DNA of 64,000 nucleotides from Octopus vulgaris (Eukaryota): NCBI GenBank assembly GCA_951406725.2, contig OX597820.1, positions 87,110,001 to 87,174,000 of the forward strand, read 5' to 3'. Shown piece by piece: positions 1 to 13,429 of this stretch (position 1 is its first letter; each line of letters starts with the position of its first letter). The notes under the pieces were generated by a model. It saw only the letters and a program-made list of their open reading frames with translations, ran no database searches and was not told where the DNA came from. The position numbers and the translations under genes were made by a program.

Positions 1-296
1 TCTTGTTTTTCATTTTTGTTTTTTGTATTTATATTCGTGTGGCATCGTCCGTTTTTCTGTCCTTGTTTCGTATACATTCGATCCTTTTTCCAAGAAATCT
101 AATGCTCGCAGCTTAGTTTTTCCTTGGGGCTGGCCGGATCGGAGCGATATCAGGATTAATCAGCCGAAATTGCTAGGATGATCCGGTTCCTGACTGAAGA
201 TTAGAGGCTTCGAATGACCCGTCCGTTTTTTATGTCGTCTCTTTGTGTGTTTTGCGTTCTTGTCCCATTTTGTATTTTTATATATAATTTTTATAC

Positions 297-417
<121 letters not shown>

Positions 418-820
418 AGTATGCATGTTTGCCTGTATGTATGTGTGTGTGTTTCTGTGTATGTATATCTATACACACGCGCGCGAACACACACAGACGC
501 GAACACGCACCCGCGTGAACTCATACGAGAAGTAAAATTTACTCGCACGAGGAGAAGCTCGAAGTCCCATTTAACGTATGCATTTCACAATGCCTTTGGT
601 TCTACTCACAGTATTGATTCCCTCCGCTAGTGAATGTTCCTTAATATCTAAACTTGCTGTATAATGGTAACCTTAGCTGAACACTTACACACAAACATTC
701 ACGTGTGTGTGTGTGATTGGGCACGCGTCCGAGTGCATGTGCTTATATATGCACACACAAATATATATATCAATGTATGTGTGTATATATATATATAATG
801 CATGTGTATGTATATGTATG

Positions 821-893
<73 letters not shown>

Positions 894-1184
894 TAAAATA
901 AATAATATATATGCATATGCATATATACATACATATATGTACATACCTACACATATATGTATATATACATGCATACATGGGTACAGGACGTCAAAAAAAA
1001 CGTGAACTAAATGAAAAACGAGAACAAAAAACAACAAAAACATGGAAAATGAACATTTTTTTCGGACAACGAAAGAAACAGAGAAACAATCCCTTCATCA
1101 GTTGTCCCCTATTTTATCTACTCCGTGTACATATATGTATGTGTATGTGTGTGTGTGTGTATATATATATATAGAGAGAGAGAG

Positions 1185-1245
<61 letters not shown>

Positions 1246-1322
1246 CATACATACATACATACATACATACATACATACATACATACATACATACATACAT
1301 ACATACACACACGTATACATAT

Positions 1323-1495
1323 AGGCGCGGGCGCGGACTAGCCAGCGTGGTGAGAAGCTTCTTTCCCAATCACATGGTTCCGGGTTCTGCACCACTGCGT
1401 GGCACGTTGAGCAAGTGTCTTCTGCTATACCCGCGTGCTGACGAAAAACTTGTGATTTGATTTGGTAGACGGAAACTGAAAGTGCCCGAAGTATA
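1323..1495 (+). mobile_element. tRNA-derived SINE family A, 5' half
   Basis: Head ...cacatggttccgggttc...cactgcgtggcac...gcaagtgtcttct...ggtagacggaaactgaaag, shared with the full-length copy at 30957-31372. Confidence 0.85.
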
Positions 1496-1504
1496 TATAC
1501 ATAT

Positions 1505-1867
1505 CTCTTTTACTTGTTTCAGTCATTTGACTGCGGCCATGCTGGAGCACCGCCTTTAGTCGAGCAAACGACCCCGGGACTTATTCTTTGTAAGCCCAGG
1601 TACTTATTCTATCGGTCTCTTTTTGCCGAACCGCTAAGTGACAAGGACGTAAACACACCAGCATCGGTTGTCAAGCGATGGTGGGGGGACAAACACAGAC
1701 ACACAAACATATACACACACATACATATATATATACATATATACGACAGGCTTCTTTCAGTTTCCGTCTACCAAATCCACTCACAAGGCATTGGTCGGCA
1801 CGAGGCTATAGCAGAAGACACTTGCCCAACATGCCACGCAGTGGGACTGAACCCGGAACCATGTGGT

Positions 1868-1868
<1 letters not shown>
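1505..1868 (-). mobile_element. SINE family A
   Basis: Near-identical to 30957-31372, including the tail tcttttacttgtttcagtcatttgactgcggccatgctggagcaccgcc. Confidence 0.9.
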
Positions 1869-1913
<45 letters not shown>

Positions 1914-1932
1914 GTATATATATATATATATA

Positions 1933-2010
<78 letters not shown>

Positions 2011-2106
2011 CATACATATATATATACATTCAAAATGTGACCGCGTGTGTACCGTTGGCGACTTTTTTCCACGGTCTTCCCTTCTCTGGATTTTCCTTCT
2101 CTTATG

Positions 2107-2139
2107 TTTTCGACGAAGAGCTCCGTTCGAAACGTTAAA
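2107..2139 (+). ncRNA. Degenerate minimal type I hammerhead ribozyme
   Basis: TTT-TCGACGA-A-GAGC-tcc-GTTC-GAAAC-GT-T-AAA. Same layout as 14450 and 15076, but the core reads UCGACGA. Confidence 0.55.
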
Positions 2140-2247
2140 TCCTCCTTCTTTCCTTCTTTCCTGAGCGTCCAATAATACTATATTTGTTCCACATCCTCGC
2201 GTTGTTGTTTTTTTTGTGCTTTCATGTTTGGATTAACTTTAACTATT

Positions 2248-2294
<47 letters not shown>

Positions 2295-2299
2295 TTGTG

Positions 2300-2505
2300 T
2301 GAGTGTATTTGCGGACCCCACAACTGCTTGACAACCGGTGTTGATATGTTCACGTCCCCGTAATGTAGCAGTTCGGTTAAAGTCATCTATAGAATAAACA
2401 CCTGGTTTTAAAAAATGTATTGGGGTCAATTCATTCGTCTAACATTCTTCATTCTTCACGTTGGTGTTCCAGCATGGCCGCAGTCCAGTGACTGAAACAA
2501 GTAAA
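2300..2505 (+). mobile_element. SINE family A, 3' half
   Basis: gcttgacaaccgg...cgtccccgtaa...ccagcatggccgcagtc...gactgaaacaagtaaaa. Confidence 0.85.
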
Positions 2506-2587
2506 AAAAAAGCTGTATGTACCAAGAGAAAGCGGCATTCAGACAAACAGAGAGACAGAGAGACAATCAGACTGACAGACAGATAGT

Positions 2588-2667
<80 letters not shown>

Positions 2668-2895
2668 CACATATTATATAGGTATATGAGGAGGCGGGTC
2701 AGCACATGTAAGCTATGAATTTGCGTATAAAGTGGGGATGGTTTTGATCGAACATTGGCGGTACAACCGTGCCCCTTCGGTTTGGTAGTCAAATGTAGTG
2801 TATCTGAGATTACCTTATCCCTTACATCCTTCATAGATTAAGACACAGATTTTCGATATGAGGGAGACTGTTATTTAGGCTGTTATTTCTTGCAG

Positions 2896-2942
2896 GTTCG
2901 GCAACAAGGAGCACTGTCGCCAACTCTGTGTTGCTGTTGGAG
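2896..2942 (+). CDS. Candidate 47-nt host exon encoding the C-terminal end of a Kunitz/BPTI-type domain
   Basis: Acceptor ctgttatttcttgcag and donor GAG|gtgagc bound an open frame (x)FGNKEHCRQLCVAVG. The F-x5-C-x3-C spacing equals the Kunitz C-terminus (BPTI FKSAEDCMRTC). Phase 2 in, phase 1 out. No partner exon identified in the window. Confidence 0.55.
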
Positions 2943-3123
2943 GTGAGCACCGGCTTGTGTATGTGTGTTCGCGCGCGCGCGTGTGTTCGCACGGGTCCGT
3001 GTGTATGTGTGTTTGCATGCTTGCGCGCTTTGTTCTATGTGTGTTCGTGGTGTTGTATTCAGTGAGTGATGTGTTTTTTTTTTTTGCCTTTGTAAAGTGC
3101 GTGCAGAAGACGGTGGTGATGGA

Positions 3124-3172
<49 letters not shown>

Positions 3173-3865
3173 GAATCAGTGTTGTTGTTTAGTTTCAAAT
3201 AAGACCTGATCCAACAGATCGAGCATCGAAAGCATTCCAGCCACGATCATCCATTCGATTTTAGTGTATCTCTAGCACTACTTTATCGAATGTGTCCAAC
3301 GGTTTTTAACACACACACACACACGCACATGCACACATGCAAGAACTGTGCGTGTCTAACTGCTATAAGTGACTGTACGTGTATTTGCTCGTGTGTGTGT
3401 GTGTGTGTGTGTGTTTGTGAGTGTGTGTACGTGTGTGTGTGTGTGTGTGTGATTGTCTTTAACAGAGCATGTATTCGCCTATTTGCAGTTTCGTGCATGT
3501 ATACATCAATAGGTGTCAGTTCTATAATTTGTGTACATTTTGTTTCTCCGCACGGAAGCACGTCCTGGCTATGCGTGCATGTCTGCTAACAACACACACA
3601 CACACACACACACTGTCTTTCTCACTCTCTCTCTCTCTCTCACACACACACATACACACACACATACACACACACTACACTCAAACATTCTTTTAACGTT
3701 TTCCAAGGGTTAAATCATTCATTTAGAGCTTTGATTAATTTGATCATGTATTTATACCATAAATCATTAAAGAACAACTAAGTTCTGTATAAATAATATC
3801 CAATATCATATCATATGATACACACACACACACATATATGTATGTATATATGTATCTATATATAA

Positions 3866-3899
<34 letters not shown>

Positions 3900-4076
3900 G
3901 TATATATATATATGTGCAATATATATAAATATATATATGTATAATGTAGGATCAACAAGTGAGACCACGTGAGCGCGTGATATATAAAGGGAAAGTTTAC
4001 GAAAATAAACAAGACGAAGGCAGGTGGTATACAAACAAACAGATGTATTAGTATAGCGCTCAGGAATAGAAAAAGT

Positions 4077-4112
4077 CTTTCACGTTTCGAGCCTATGCTC
4101 TTCTACAGAAAG
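4077..4112 (-). ncRNA. Minimal type I hammerhead motif, CUGUAGA core variant
   Basis: Minus strand CTTT-CTGTAGA-A-GAGC-atag-GCTC-GAAAC-GT-G-AAAG. Stems I and II pair perfectly. Cleavage triplet GUG is probably inactive. Confidence 0.65.
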
Positions 4113-4230
4113 ATACACAGAAAAAAACAAGAAGAGAAAAAAATGTGTGTAGTAGCTAACGCCATGATAGATCGTTAGCTACTACACACATTTTTTTCTC
4201 TCCTTGTTTTTTTCTGTGTATCTTTTCTGT
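4105..4230. repeat. Inverted repeat, ~57-bp arms with an 11-nt spacer
   Basis: acagaaagatacacag...gtagtagctaacg (4105-4161) is the near-exact reverse complement of cgttagctactac...tatcttttctgt (4173-4230). Confidence 0.9.
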
Positions 4231-5348
4231 TTTTTTCTGTGTATTGTATTATTTGTTCCTTTCTTATCGGTAGAATCAGCACAGCGGATACGTACTGAAG
4301 AGGGTTACTGGCGCAATGTAAGTTATTGTTTGTTTAAAAGTGAAGGAGGAAGGTACAATTTGATGGGTTTGCATGGAAGTACTTTTTGTTCTTGAGATAG
4401 ATCACAAACTATGTATTGTTTCATCGTATAAAATGGGGTTAATACGATTTTGCCCGGAAATCACGTTTTCAAAATGTTTGTTTGCCCAGTCCCCACTGCA
4501 GTTTCTTAATTTGTAACTTTTTTTACGAATTTTTTTATCCATGTAAAAAAATACAGAAATTACGAATCTGGGAAATATATATAATTTTAAAAGTTCAATT
4601 TTTTAAAAAACTCTCAATGCCTCTTCCCCCACGTCGCCAACCCATCACCTACCCGCTTTCAAAAATCTAAAATCACCCTATGTTTCACTTTTGTCTGATG
4701 TTTCACGCATGCATAGAGTTGTACTGAAATAGCAGACGTAAAAAAAAAGACTCGACATGATAGAAACAACAGGTAAACGACATTATTTCTGAAGAAACTT
4801 CCCCGCTTTCCCAAAAGCTAAATGTGAAACATTGGAAATTTGTAGCTTTAGAAAGTGGTGAGGTGATGGGTGAATATTTGTGGAGAGATTTTAGTGTTTC
4901 TTTAGGAAAAGAGAACGAAGAAAATTCTTAAAGATTCGTACTCTGTTTATTCTCAGTGGATTACCAAGAAAAACATTGGAAAAGAGTAGAAATATGATGA
5001 AACTGGGATGGGTAGGGAGAAAATTAAAGTATTGAGAATTTTTTTTTCGGCATGCTAGCTTCCATCGGGCTCTAAGATGATAGGAAGAAATTTAGGGAAA
5101 AAATCAAGGGTGGAGTGTAAATGTCACCTCGGACATGCTAGAAACAGCAGGTAAAGGACAGGATTTCTGGGAGAACTTCCTTTTAAATTTAATTCAAAGA
5201 TTAGGTTTTTAAATACACTCATCACAAACACGAATTACAGAAGAGAAAAAGGTGAATTCAATTGGATTTGAGCAGTAATTTTGTGCGTGCACATAGCAAG
5301 AAATAACGTAATTCATACAGAAGTTTTACCTTGTGTGCGTGTGTATGT

Positions 5349-5428
<80 letters not shown>

Positions 5429-6464
5429 CTGCGCACACGCATGTGTGTGAATGCCAAATCAAGTTATTTTATGGCATTCTTTCGATTGCAGCAGAGAATT
5501 TGAGCAGAAAGTAAAAGAAAGCGGAGGAAGTGAAAGATATATGTACGTGTATATGAAATGGTCGTGTATGTGTGTGTGTTTGCATGTGCATGTGTGCGTG
5601 TGTGTGTGTATGTGTGTATATGTGTGTGTGAGAGAGGGATTTATGAAAGTGTGTGTTGTCATGTATGTATTTACTTTCTTATATGTGAAAGTGGCACTCA
5701 CTCACTCTGTCTTACTCTCTCTCTCTCTCACTCTCATAGACACATATCTTTCATATACACGTACATAAATACATAAATATAAACATATGCATGCTTTTGC
5801 ATGTATGTATGCGTGTGCATGTGAGTGAGAAAGTGATTGACTGTATTTCCTCATAACATATAGAGAAATAGGTACATACTCATATAGAAAACGTGACGTC
5901 GTCGTCGTCGTGGTATAAAATATCGTTTAGAGTAGCTGAATTATAGAAAGATTATAACGTCAAATTTTTGTAATGTAAATATGAAAAATAAAGTTTATTT
6001 GTTAGTCAAAAGATTACTGAATCTTTTGATACCCCATACATCAAAACTGGCAATTCAGTTTTCGAATGTATTCGTTAATTTCCATAATATTTTTAATTTC
6101 CCTATGCCTTGAAGAGAACAGAAATCGAAAGAGAAGAGAAAGTGAAACCGCGACATTTGCTGAGACTGACATGCGACAATGATTACTTTGATAAGCATGA
6201 CCTTAGTTGTTTCTGCCCCACTACATAGATAAGAAGTAGACCCCCTTCGTACCACTATAACTTCTATGACCAAGACGACCACTAAAGAGAGATGGAACGG
6301 GTAAACCAGAACTATACGGAACCTCCGAAAATAATGATAAGGTTAAAAAGATGGTCGCACATGCGGTGGGTGCGAATACCAAGACACTAACCACTAAACA
6401 ACGCGCCTCCACTCCTAACCACTAAGCCACGCGGCTCATATTAATGTGTGAATATTTATACGTG

Positions 6465-7124
6465 CAGGCGCGGCAGTGCGGTTAAGAAGATCTCTTTGCA
6501 ACCACGTCTGTTCGAGTTCTATCTCAATGCGCGACACATTTATCAAGAATCTTCTATTACACTTGTTCGACCAGTGAATTTGGTAAGTGGAAACTGTGTG
6601 GAAGCACGTCATATATGTGCGTATGGGAGGGAGTGTGCATGTATTACCTTTTACTTGTTTCAGTCATTAGACCGTGGTCATGCTGGGGCACCACCTTGAG
6701 GAATTTTAGTCGAACTAATCGACCCAGTATCTATTTTCTTTTTAAGCTTGGTACGTATTCTATTGGTAGCTTTTACTAAATTGCTATGTTACGGTGTCGT
6801 AAACACACCAACACCGGTTGTCAAGCGATGAGGGGGATAAACACAGACACACACATACACATATTGCACGACTGTTTTCTTTCAGTTTCCGTCTACCAAA
6901 CCCACTCACACGGTTTTGATCGGTCCGAGGTTATAGTAGAGGACACTTACCTTACCCAAGGTGGTATGTAGTGGGACTGAACTTAGAACCATGTGATTGG
7001 GAAGCAAGCTTCTTACCACACCCCTACAATTTCAATAAAAATTCATACACTGTACATCATGTACGGAACACTCATTTCTCATTCGTTCAACATCAAGCAA
7101 CATATATATATGTGTGTGTGTTTG

Positions 7125-7156
<32 letters not shown>

Positions 7157-7385
7157 AGCATGTTTATGTGAGCGTGTTTCTTTGTGTCTGTATTTGCCCC
7201 TCCACACTGCTCGACAATCAGTGTTGGTCGCTTACGTTCCTGTATCATGGTGGTTCCGCAAAAGAAAACGACAGAAGAATACCAGACTTAAAAATAAATT
7301 CTGGAGTCCATTTGTTACCTAAAACCGTTCAAGGCGGCGTCCCAGCATGGCCGCAGTCCAATGACTGAAACAAGTAGAAGATAAA
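6465..7385. mobile_element. Cluster of SINE family A pieces (+ 6465-6615, - 6648-7022, + 7180-7385)
   Basis: Each piece matches family A head, body or tail; orientations alternate. Confidence 0.8.
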
Positions 7386-7422
7386 AGGTAAAAGGTATAA
7401 ATAGATAATATTTATTTAGTAA

Positions 7423-7640
7423 AAGGCGGCGAGCTGGCAGAAACGTTAGCAGGCCGGGCGAAATGCTTATCGACATTTCATCCGTTTTTACGTTCTGAGT
7501 TCAAATTCCGACGGGATTGACTTTACCTTTCATCCTTTCAGGATGGATAAAATAAGTACAACTTGAACACTGGGCACGATGTAATTGACATAGCCCCCAC
7601 TCCCACCAAATTACTGGCCTTGTTCCAAAATTTGAAACCA
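7423..7640 (+). mobile_element. tRNA-derived SINE family B
   Basis: aaggcggcgagctggcagaaacgttagc...gagttcaaattcc (B-box-like)...ataaaataagtac...ccaaaatttgaaacc. Confidence 0.85.
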
Positions 7641-8498
7641 ATGTTTATTTATATCACTGCTTTGCTATAATAAACAGAAGTAACAGTTAATATACGTTAT
7701 CTTTTATTCTTCCTATGTTTTAGGAACATTCTCGAATTAATAAATATAAACGTGACATAAAACAAACCTTCTGACTTTAAACCTTCTTTGCTCACAACAT
7801 TACTCTAGTTATTAATCTTTGATTGACTTTTTATGTGCAGCAAAATATCGTGGGTATTCTACCCAACAGACTGATTCATTAACTTTTGTCTAACCGATTG
7901 AATAAATTTTAGTTAATCTCTGGTGTTAATTCCAGCAGAAGCGAGAATGGATAGAAGGAAATGAATGACAAACAATTTAGAAGTAATTTGATATTGAATG
8001 AGGTAAAATCTCAACACCTTCTGTCAACCTAAAGCATGACCTCTTGCTTTGCGATCTTCAACTATTCGTTGGTGTGAAATGTCGACATGATAATATAGTA
8101 GAAGATTATCTCTTACATTATCTGACACACCTCTTATATGGGCATATCTCTAATGTACTGGCAAACTAGGCAGCTCCTCCTTGCGCACAATGTTTGCTAG
8201 AAATAATAGGCCATGTGAGAACGACCTACTATTTCTAATAAATCACACCTTCCTTATTTGCTCAGGTGAATAATGTAATATTAGATGCGCTGAATAAAAA
8301 AAACGGCATGATCATGGCTGGAACGCCTTTGATCATACGTATATTCAATCATTGCTGAACTGAAGCTAAATAAAACAACATTTCGCTTATATAACCATAC
8401 ATTTCTGTTGAAAATACCTAGTTAATATTACAACAAATTATTTTCACTCATTTCTTTATTTTTTTCTTTATTATCTGCCAATACATTGTCCATATGCT

Positions 8499-8718
8499 AA
8501 GGCAGCGAGCGAGCTGGAAAAGTCGTTAGCAACCCGGGCAAAATGCTTAGCGGTATTTCGTCCATCTTTATGTTCTGAGTGCAAATTCTGCCAGGTCGAC
8601 TTCGTCTTTCATCCTTTCGGGTTTGATAAAATAAGTACCAGTTGAACATTAGGATCGATGTAATCGACTTAACTCCTCGCTCGAAATTGCTGGCTTTGTG
8701 CCAAAATTTGAAACCCAT
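8499..8718 (+). mobile_element. SINE family B
   Basis: Colinear with 7423-7640. Confidence 0.85.
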
Positions 8719-8929
8719 ATGTTGTCCACATGCTGAATCCAAATTCGACAAAACAAGAACCTGTAATTAACAAAAGTTAACTCAATAGAATATTACTAGA
8801 AAATGGTTTCCAATTAAAAATTCGTCTTTTATTTAAAAAGACGTCAACTTGCGGAACATTTTTTAAATATTGTAACAGTGGTTCCTTTCTACTGAATCAA
8901 ACATGCAAAATTGTACAGTAAATAAACAA

Positions 8930-9375
8930 TGACATAACAATGAGATAGTGGGAAGCTCATGCTTTTCAATAATGTATTAGCAAAATCCCAGCAATAGCTG
9001 AGAAGCTCAGAAATCAAAGCAGAGACTGAAGGATGTTTAATTGCAGCACAAGACCAAAGCTTCCTCACTAGAAATTACCAAAAGCATGTTATAAAAAGAA
9101 ACATAACAAGTAACTGCAGAATATGTGGAGATGGACAAGAAACAATAAACCATATTGTCTCTGACTGCCCAGTCCTGGCTAAGAAGGAATATATTCACAG
9201 ACACGACAGAGTTAGGATTTATATACACTGGAAATTATGGAATAACAACAGAAAAAGGTGGTATAGGCACATGCCAGAAAAGGTCACAGAAAATGAGAAA
9301 GCAACCACACTATGGGATATACCAATACACACAGAAAAATTAAGGCTAATACGCCGGATATAGTTATCAGAGGTG
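8930..9375 (+). mobile_element. R4/Dong-like non-LTR retrotransposon fragment (C-terminal CCHC knuckle and start of restriction-like endonuclease)
   Basis: Conceptual translation across frameshifts: AAQDQSFLTRNYQKH...CRICGDGQETINHIVSDCPVLAKKEYIHRHD...TLWDIPIHT...KANTPDIVIR. Truncated by a family B SINE (9378-9514, minus). Confidence 0.8.
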
Positions 9376-10197
9376 TGGCACTTAATTTATCGATCCAGAA
9401 AGAATGAAAGGCAAAGTCGACCTCGGCAGAATGTGAACTCAGAACGTAATGACAGACGAAATACGGCTAAGCATTTCGCCCGGCGTGCTAACGTTTCTGC
9501 CAATTCGATGCCTTAACCCCTAGTAAAATTGTTTTATTCGACTCTTTAGTCTCTATATTGGTCGCTACTTTTATTGATGGAAACTTTCAGTAACACTTTT
9601 CTGTTTTAAAATTTGATAATTGCTATTTCCGAATTTCATTATAAGTAGTTTTAATTACATAAATTTTGTGCAGAAAAGCAGTTTGTATTTTGTAATCCAT
9701 TTATTTCGATCAGAAAGTGTAATTAAAGAAAATAGCGAATGGATATATAGGTGATTGTATTCTCTCTTCCTGTTTTGCATATATGCTTATACAATTCATC
9801 TTAATTACATATTTGCATTATATCTTTTCTTTTTTTTTTTGTTTTGTTGTTAATATGTAAATCTGTTCTCCATTGATTGTCTCGCTATTCAACTGAGAAA
9901 CGGAATATATTCTAAAAAAACAACAACTGAATAACAAGAGAATATATCAAAAGGATTGAATTAAATATTAGGCTCGCATTGAATGATGACATGGAGGGTA
10001 GGTCGGAGACACTAAGATGAAAGGAAATATAAAAAAAGTTGAAAATAAGAAAGAAGGATAGGATGAAAGAAGATAAAAGGAAAGAAGGAATGAAGGCAGG
10101 AATGTGAGACACAAAGTAAGAGAGGGACAAAAAGTATGAAGAAAAGATGTAAAAAAAAACAAAAAGCAAAGAAATAAAATGAAGACAGAAAACGTGG

Positions 10198-10320
10198 AGG
10201 TGTTGGTGGTGGTGATGGTGATGGTGATGGTGATGGTGGTGGTGAGGATGGTGGTGGTAGTGGTGGTGGTGATGGTGGTGGTTATGGTGGTGGTGGTGGT
10301 GGTGGTGGTGGTGGTGGTGG
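10198..10320. repeat. (GGT)n/(GATGGT)n microsatellite
   Basis: Seen directly. Confidence 0.95.
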
Positions 10321-10594
10321 AGTTACAGAAAGACTAAAAAAAGGAAAGAAAGAGAAGTGTCAAAAATCGACCCGTTCTGTCATTTAGTTTAACGTTCTCT
10401 GTTATTTAGTTTCATTTCGTTTCTACGAAGCCATGCTGGAGCAATGCTTACATATTGTACGGAAAATTTAAGTAAATCGTTAATGTAGTAAACACATCTT
10501 TCAACCGGAATATAGAGAACTAAATATGGAATATGTAATATGTATCTATACACGTATAGATGTGTGTGTGTGTATAAACGTACATGAGTTTTGT

Positions 10595-10962
10595 TAGCAT
10601 TTTCAAATTTATAATCTTGAATATCATGCTGAAGAAGGAAATGAATTTTTACACACTTCTAATCCCGAAACGCGTACATGATTAACTAATGGCTAGTTAG
10701 TTTCCTTATTTTTCTTCTTTTTGCTTATGTATGTTACGTGTATTAATGTCTGTGGAGATATATTGTAGTAAAAGAATTAGTAGTTTTGACTGCTATTTCT
10801 AAATTTCAGTATGTGGTGAAGCAACTTTTGTTGATCCCTTAATTATGCTTATAATCATAAAAAAAAACTTTCTGTATAAGTTTTTACCGATAATGTTTTT
10901 TTTTTTCCATACCGAATTACTCGGTAAAATTTATTAGTTATTAAATTAATAATTCTTTACCC
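10595..10962 (+). mobile_element. Penelope pseudo-LTR-like repeat carrying the 10623 hammerhead
   Basis: Homologous in reverse orientation to 42015-42330 (actgctatttctaaatttc.gtatgtggtgaagcaa; taccgataatg; cataccgaa). Ends at a TA tract. Confidence 0.7.
10623..10682 (+). ncRNA. Type I hammerhead ribozyme with intact catalytic core
   Basis: ATCATG-CTGAAGA-A-GGA-(23 nt)-TCC-C-GAAAC-GC-GTA-CATGAT. Perfect 6-bp stem I and palindromic ACGCGT helix III. Predicted cleavage after 10676. Confidence 0.85.
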
Positions 10963-10984
10963 TATATCTATAATATATATGTCT

Positions 10985-11119
10985 CCCCGTCACTTAGCGG
11001 TTCGGCAAAAGAGACCGATAGAATAAGTACTGGGCTTACAAAGAATAAGTCCCGGGGTCGATATGCTCGACTAAAGGCGGTGCTCCAGCATGGCCGCAGT
11101 CAAATGACTGAAACAAGTA

Positions 11120-11120
<1 letters not shown>
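10985..11120 (+). mobile_element. SINE family A, 3' end
   Basis: cttagcggttcggcaaaagagaccgatagaataagtac...gactgaaacaagta. Confidence 0.9.
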
Positions 11121-11157
<37 letters not shown>

Positions 11158-11158
11158 G

Positions 11159-11250
<92 letters not shown>

Positions 11251-11534
11251 TATATATACATGTGCGTGTGCGTGCGCGCATAAATGAATATATGTGTATA
11301 TATATATGTATGCATATGTTTCTATACATCAATGTGTGTGTGTGTGTGTGTGTGAGTGTGTGTGTATATATGTGTGTGTGCGTGCGTGCGTGGATCAATG
11401 GTCCTTCCTGAGGTATTGGTTCTTACAGCCGGTTTCCTGAATTCTGCGGCGAATTCGTTTCGGGGTGACTCGGGTATGCGGTACCGACGAGCAGAATTAA
11501 TAATAGCGAAATATCGATATCCATCGTTCTCATT

Positions 11535-11880
11535 CACCTATAATTTTGCACTTTCTGAATCGCTCACACAACTCGTTCACTTTCCTACACGCATTTCTGA
11601 TCGCGACGACCAATCTTCCTCCCTCCACTAATCGCTGTTTGGCTTCAACTCCTGATATCTGTACGGTCTGCCATGATTCTCCACTCGGGAGATCTGATGT
11701 TGTTGTTGTTTCAGTTGCCGTTTCACTGAATTGTTCTGTTGCCAAGCAGTCCCCAATTCATCGTACTCTATTCAGTACTTCTGAACTTGGGAATTCCCCC
11801 CCACAGTCTTGTTTTCTTCAATATGACCTCTATTTTTTAAAGTCTAATGTACATCATCACCTATTGACATCTGTCTAGCG
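11535..11880 (+). mobile_element. CR1/L2-group LINE APE endonuclease fragment
   Basis: NFALSESLTQLVHFPTRISD, then a frameshift, then CLASTPDICTVCHDSPLGRSD. Matches the LTQxVxFPTR and PLGxSDH motifs of LINE AP-endonucleases. Confidence 0.75.
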
Positions 11881-11989
11881 TCCATTTTATTCTAGTAACT
11901 CTTACGTTTTCAGTGGCCTTCTAACGAGCGAATGCTTTATAAAAAATGGCTCAATTAATCGCCACAGTTGCACTTACTTGTGCAATCCG

Positions 11990-12572
11990 CATATTACGGG
12001 GAACATCGTCTTAATTTACCAGGTTTTATATTAAATAGATTAATTGTACCATTCTGTTTTGACAGTACTGTGACTGGTCTCATTTACTGGAACTTACTGC
12101 GACATTCAGTCATAATGAGCATTCAAGAGGACTGAAATGTAGAGTTTTATTTCCACCAAGATGGGGTACCATCAGAATACCGTTGTTAATGCGAGAGCCT
12201 ATGCTGATGAGACTTTGATGAACAGGCATATTTGGACGAAAAGGTTCTATAGAATATTCTCAATGTTCGGTGGTCCTTACACCCATTAGACTTTATGCAG
12301 GGATACTTAAAAGATAAAGTTTACGGCATGAAACTCGCAACAGTCAACGAATTCAGGGTAGCCATTGAACAAGAATGCACAAAAGTAAGGTAGAAACGTT
12401 TCTTTATGTTTTGGATTCCGTTGCCTCGCGTTAGCAAGAGCGCTTGAACAAAAACAGTAATCATTTTGGAAAGATACGTCCATAAAAATTTGAAATTCCG
12501 TTTGTGGATTCTATTACATTTTTGAAAAGGAAAGCAATTGAAATAAGCTCTGACCTTATAATCTTTCACTGT
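11990..12572 (+). mobile_element. Decayed Tc1/mariner-superfamily transposase C-terminus
   Basis: YFHQDGVPSEY...ARAYADETL...GRKGSIEYSQCSVVLTPLDF...GYLKDKVY, degenerate forms of FQQDGAPxH, PPRSPDLTPLDF and WGYLK. Ends cactg|ta. Confidence 0.75.
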
Positions 12573-13429
12573 ACGTATAGATTTGTAGGGGGCGACACCC
12601 AATATATTAAGGTTTCATTATGTATATCAGTATATTAAAGGGAATTTAAACCTTAATTAAAGAATCACTTAGTACATTTCAGTAGATTATCACATTTATT
12701 ATGCTTTTAGAGGTAAAGAATTTACAGTTGCTTCGCATATTTCGATTGCAGCCTTTATCAAACTCACAAATTCAACTAAGCCGAGTCCTCAAAGTAAATG
12801 TCAGACTTTTCCTTAAAAACAAAGCAACATACATGTTGAGTGTGTGTGTGTGTGTGTGTGTGCGCGTGCGCGCGCGGGCGTGTACACAGGTGCACATACT
12901 TGAATATAGAAACATATATACTTACAAGCACGCACACACACATACATATACGCATACATACCCTCATTCATATATAGTTATATGAAGCATTTACATAGCG
13001 ATAAAGCTATTTTAGCGATTTAAACACGCACAAAATCTGTCATATTAAACTTTTCAAATATTTTTTGTGATATCAAAATTTTTGCTACCTCTTTGCAACC
13101 TGGTTTTTGACACAATTTCATATCAGTATAACTGTTTGTCCTGGTGTCTTGCTATAGGGTCAAGATATTTCGTTCAGGTGTAATTGGTTCATTTTAACAT
13201 GGTTTCTTATCAACAGCCTTGCCAAAGTTCCGCTCTGTATGTATGTATGTATGTATGTATGTATGTATGTATGTATGTATGTATGTATGTATGTATGTAT
13301 GTATGTTTGTATGTAATATATGTATGTATGTATGTATGTATGTAAGTGTGTATATCTGTATGCATGTATGTTTGCATGTATATATCCCTCTTTCTCTCTT
13401 TCTTCTCTACACACGCACACATGCATACA

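Noticed and set aside
160-215. GAAA...CTGAAGA arrangement suggesting a permuted hammerhead (related repeat at ~24980-25030)
   Set aside because: Stems do not close directly on the core in either copy. It is a dispersed repeat of unknown class.
1060-1108. Minus-strand GGACAA-CTGATGA-AGGGA
   Set aside because: No correctly placed GAAA/helix III; at best a deleted relic.
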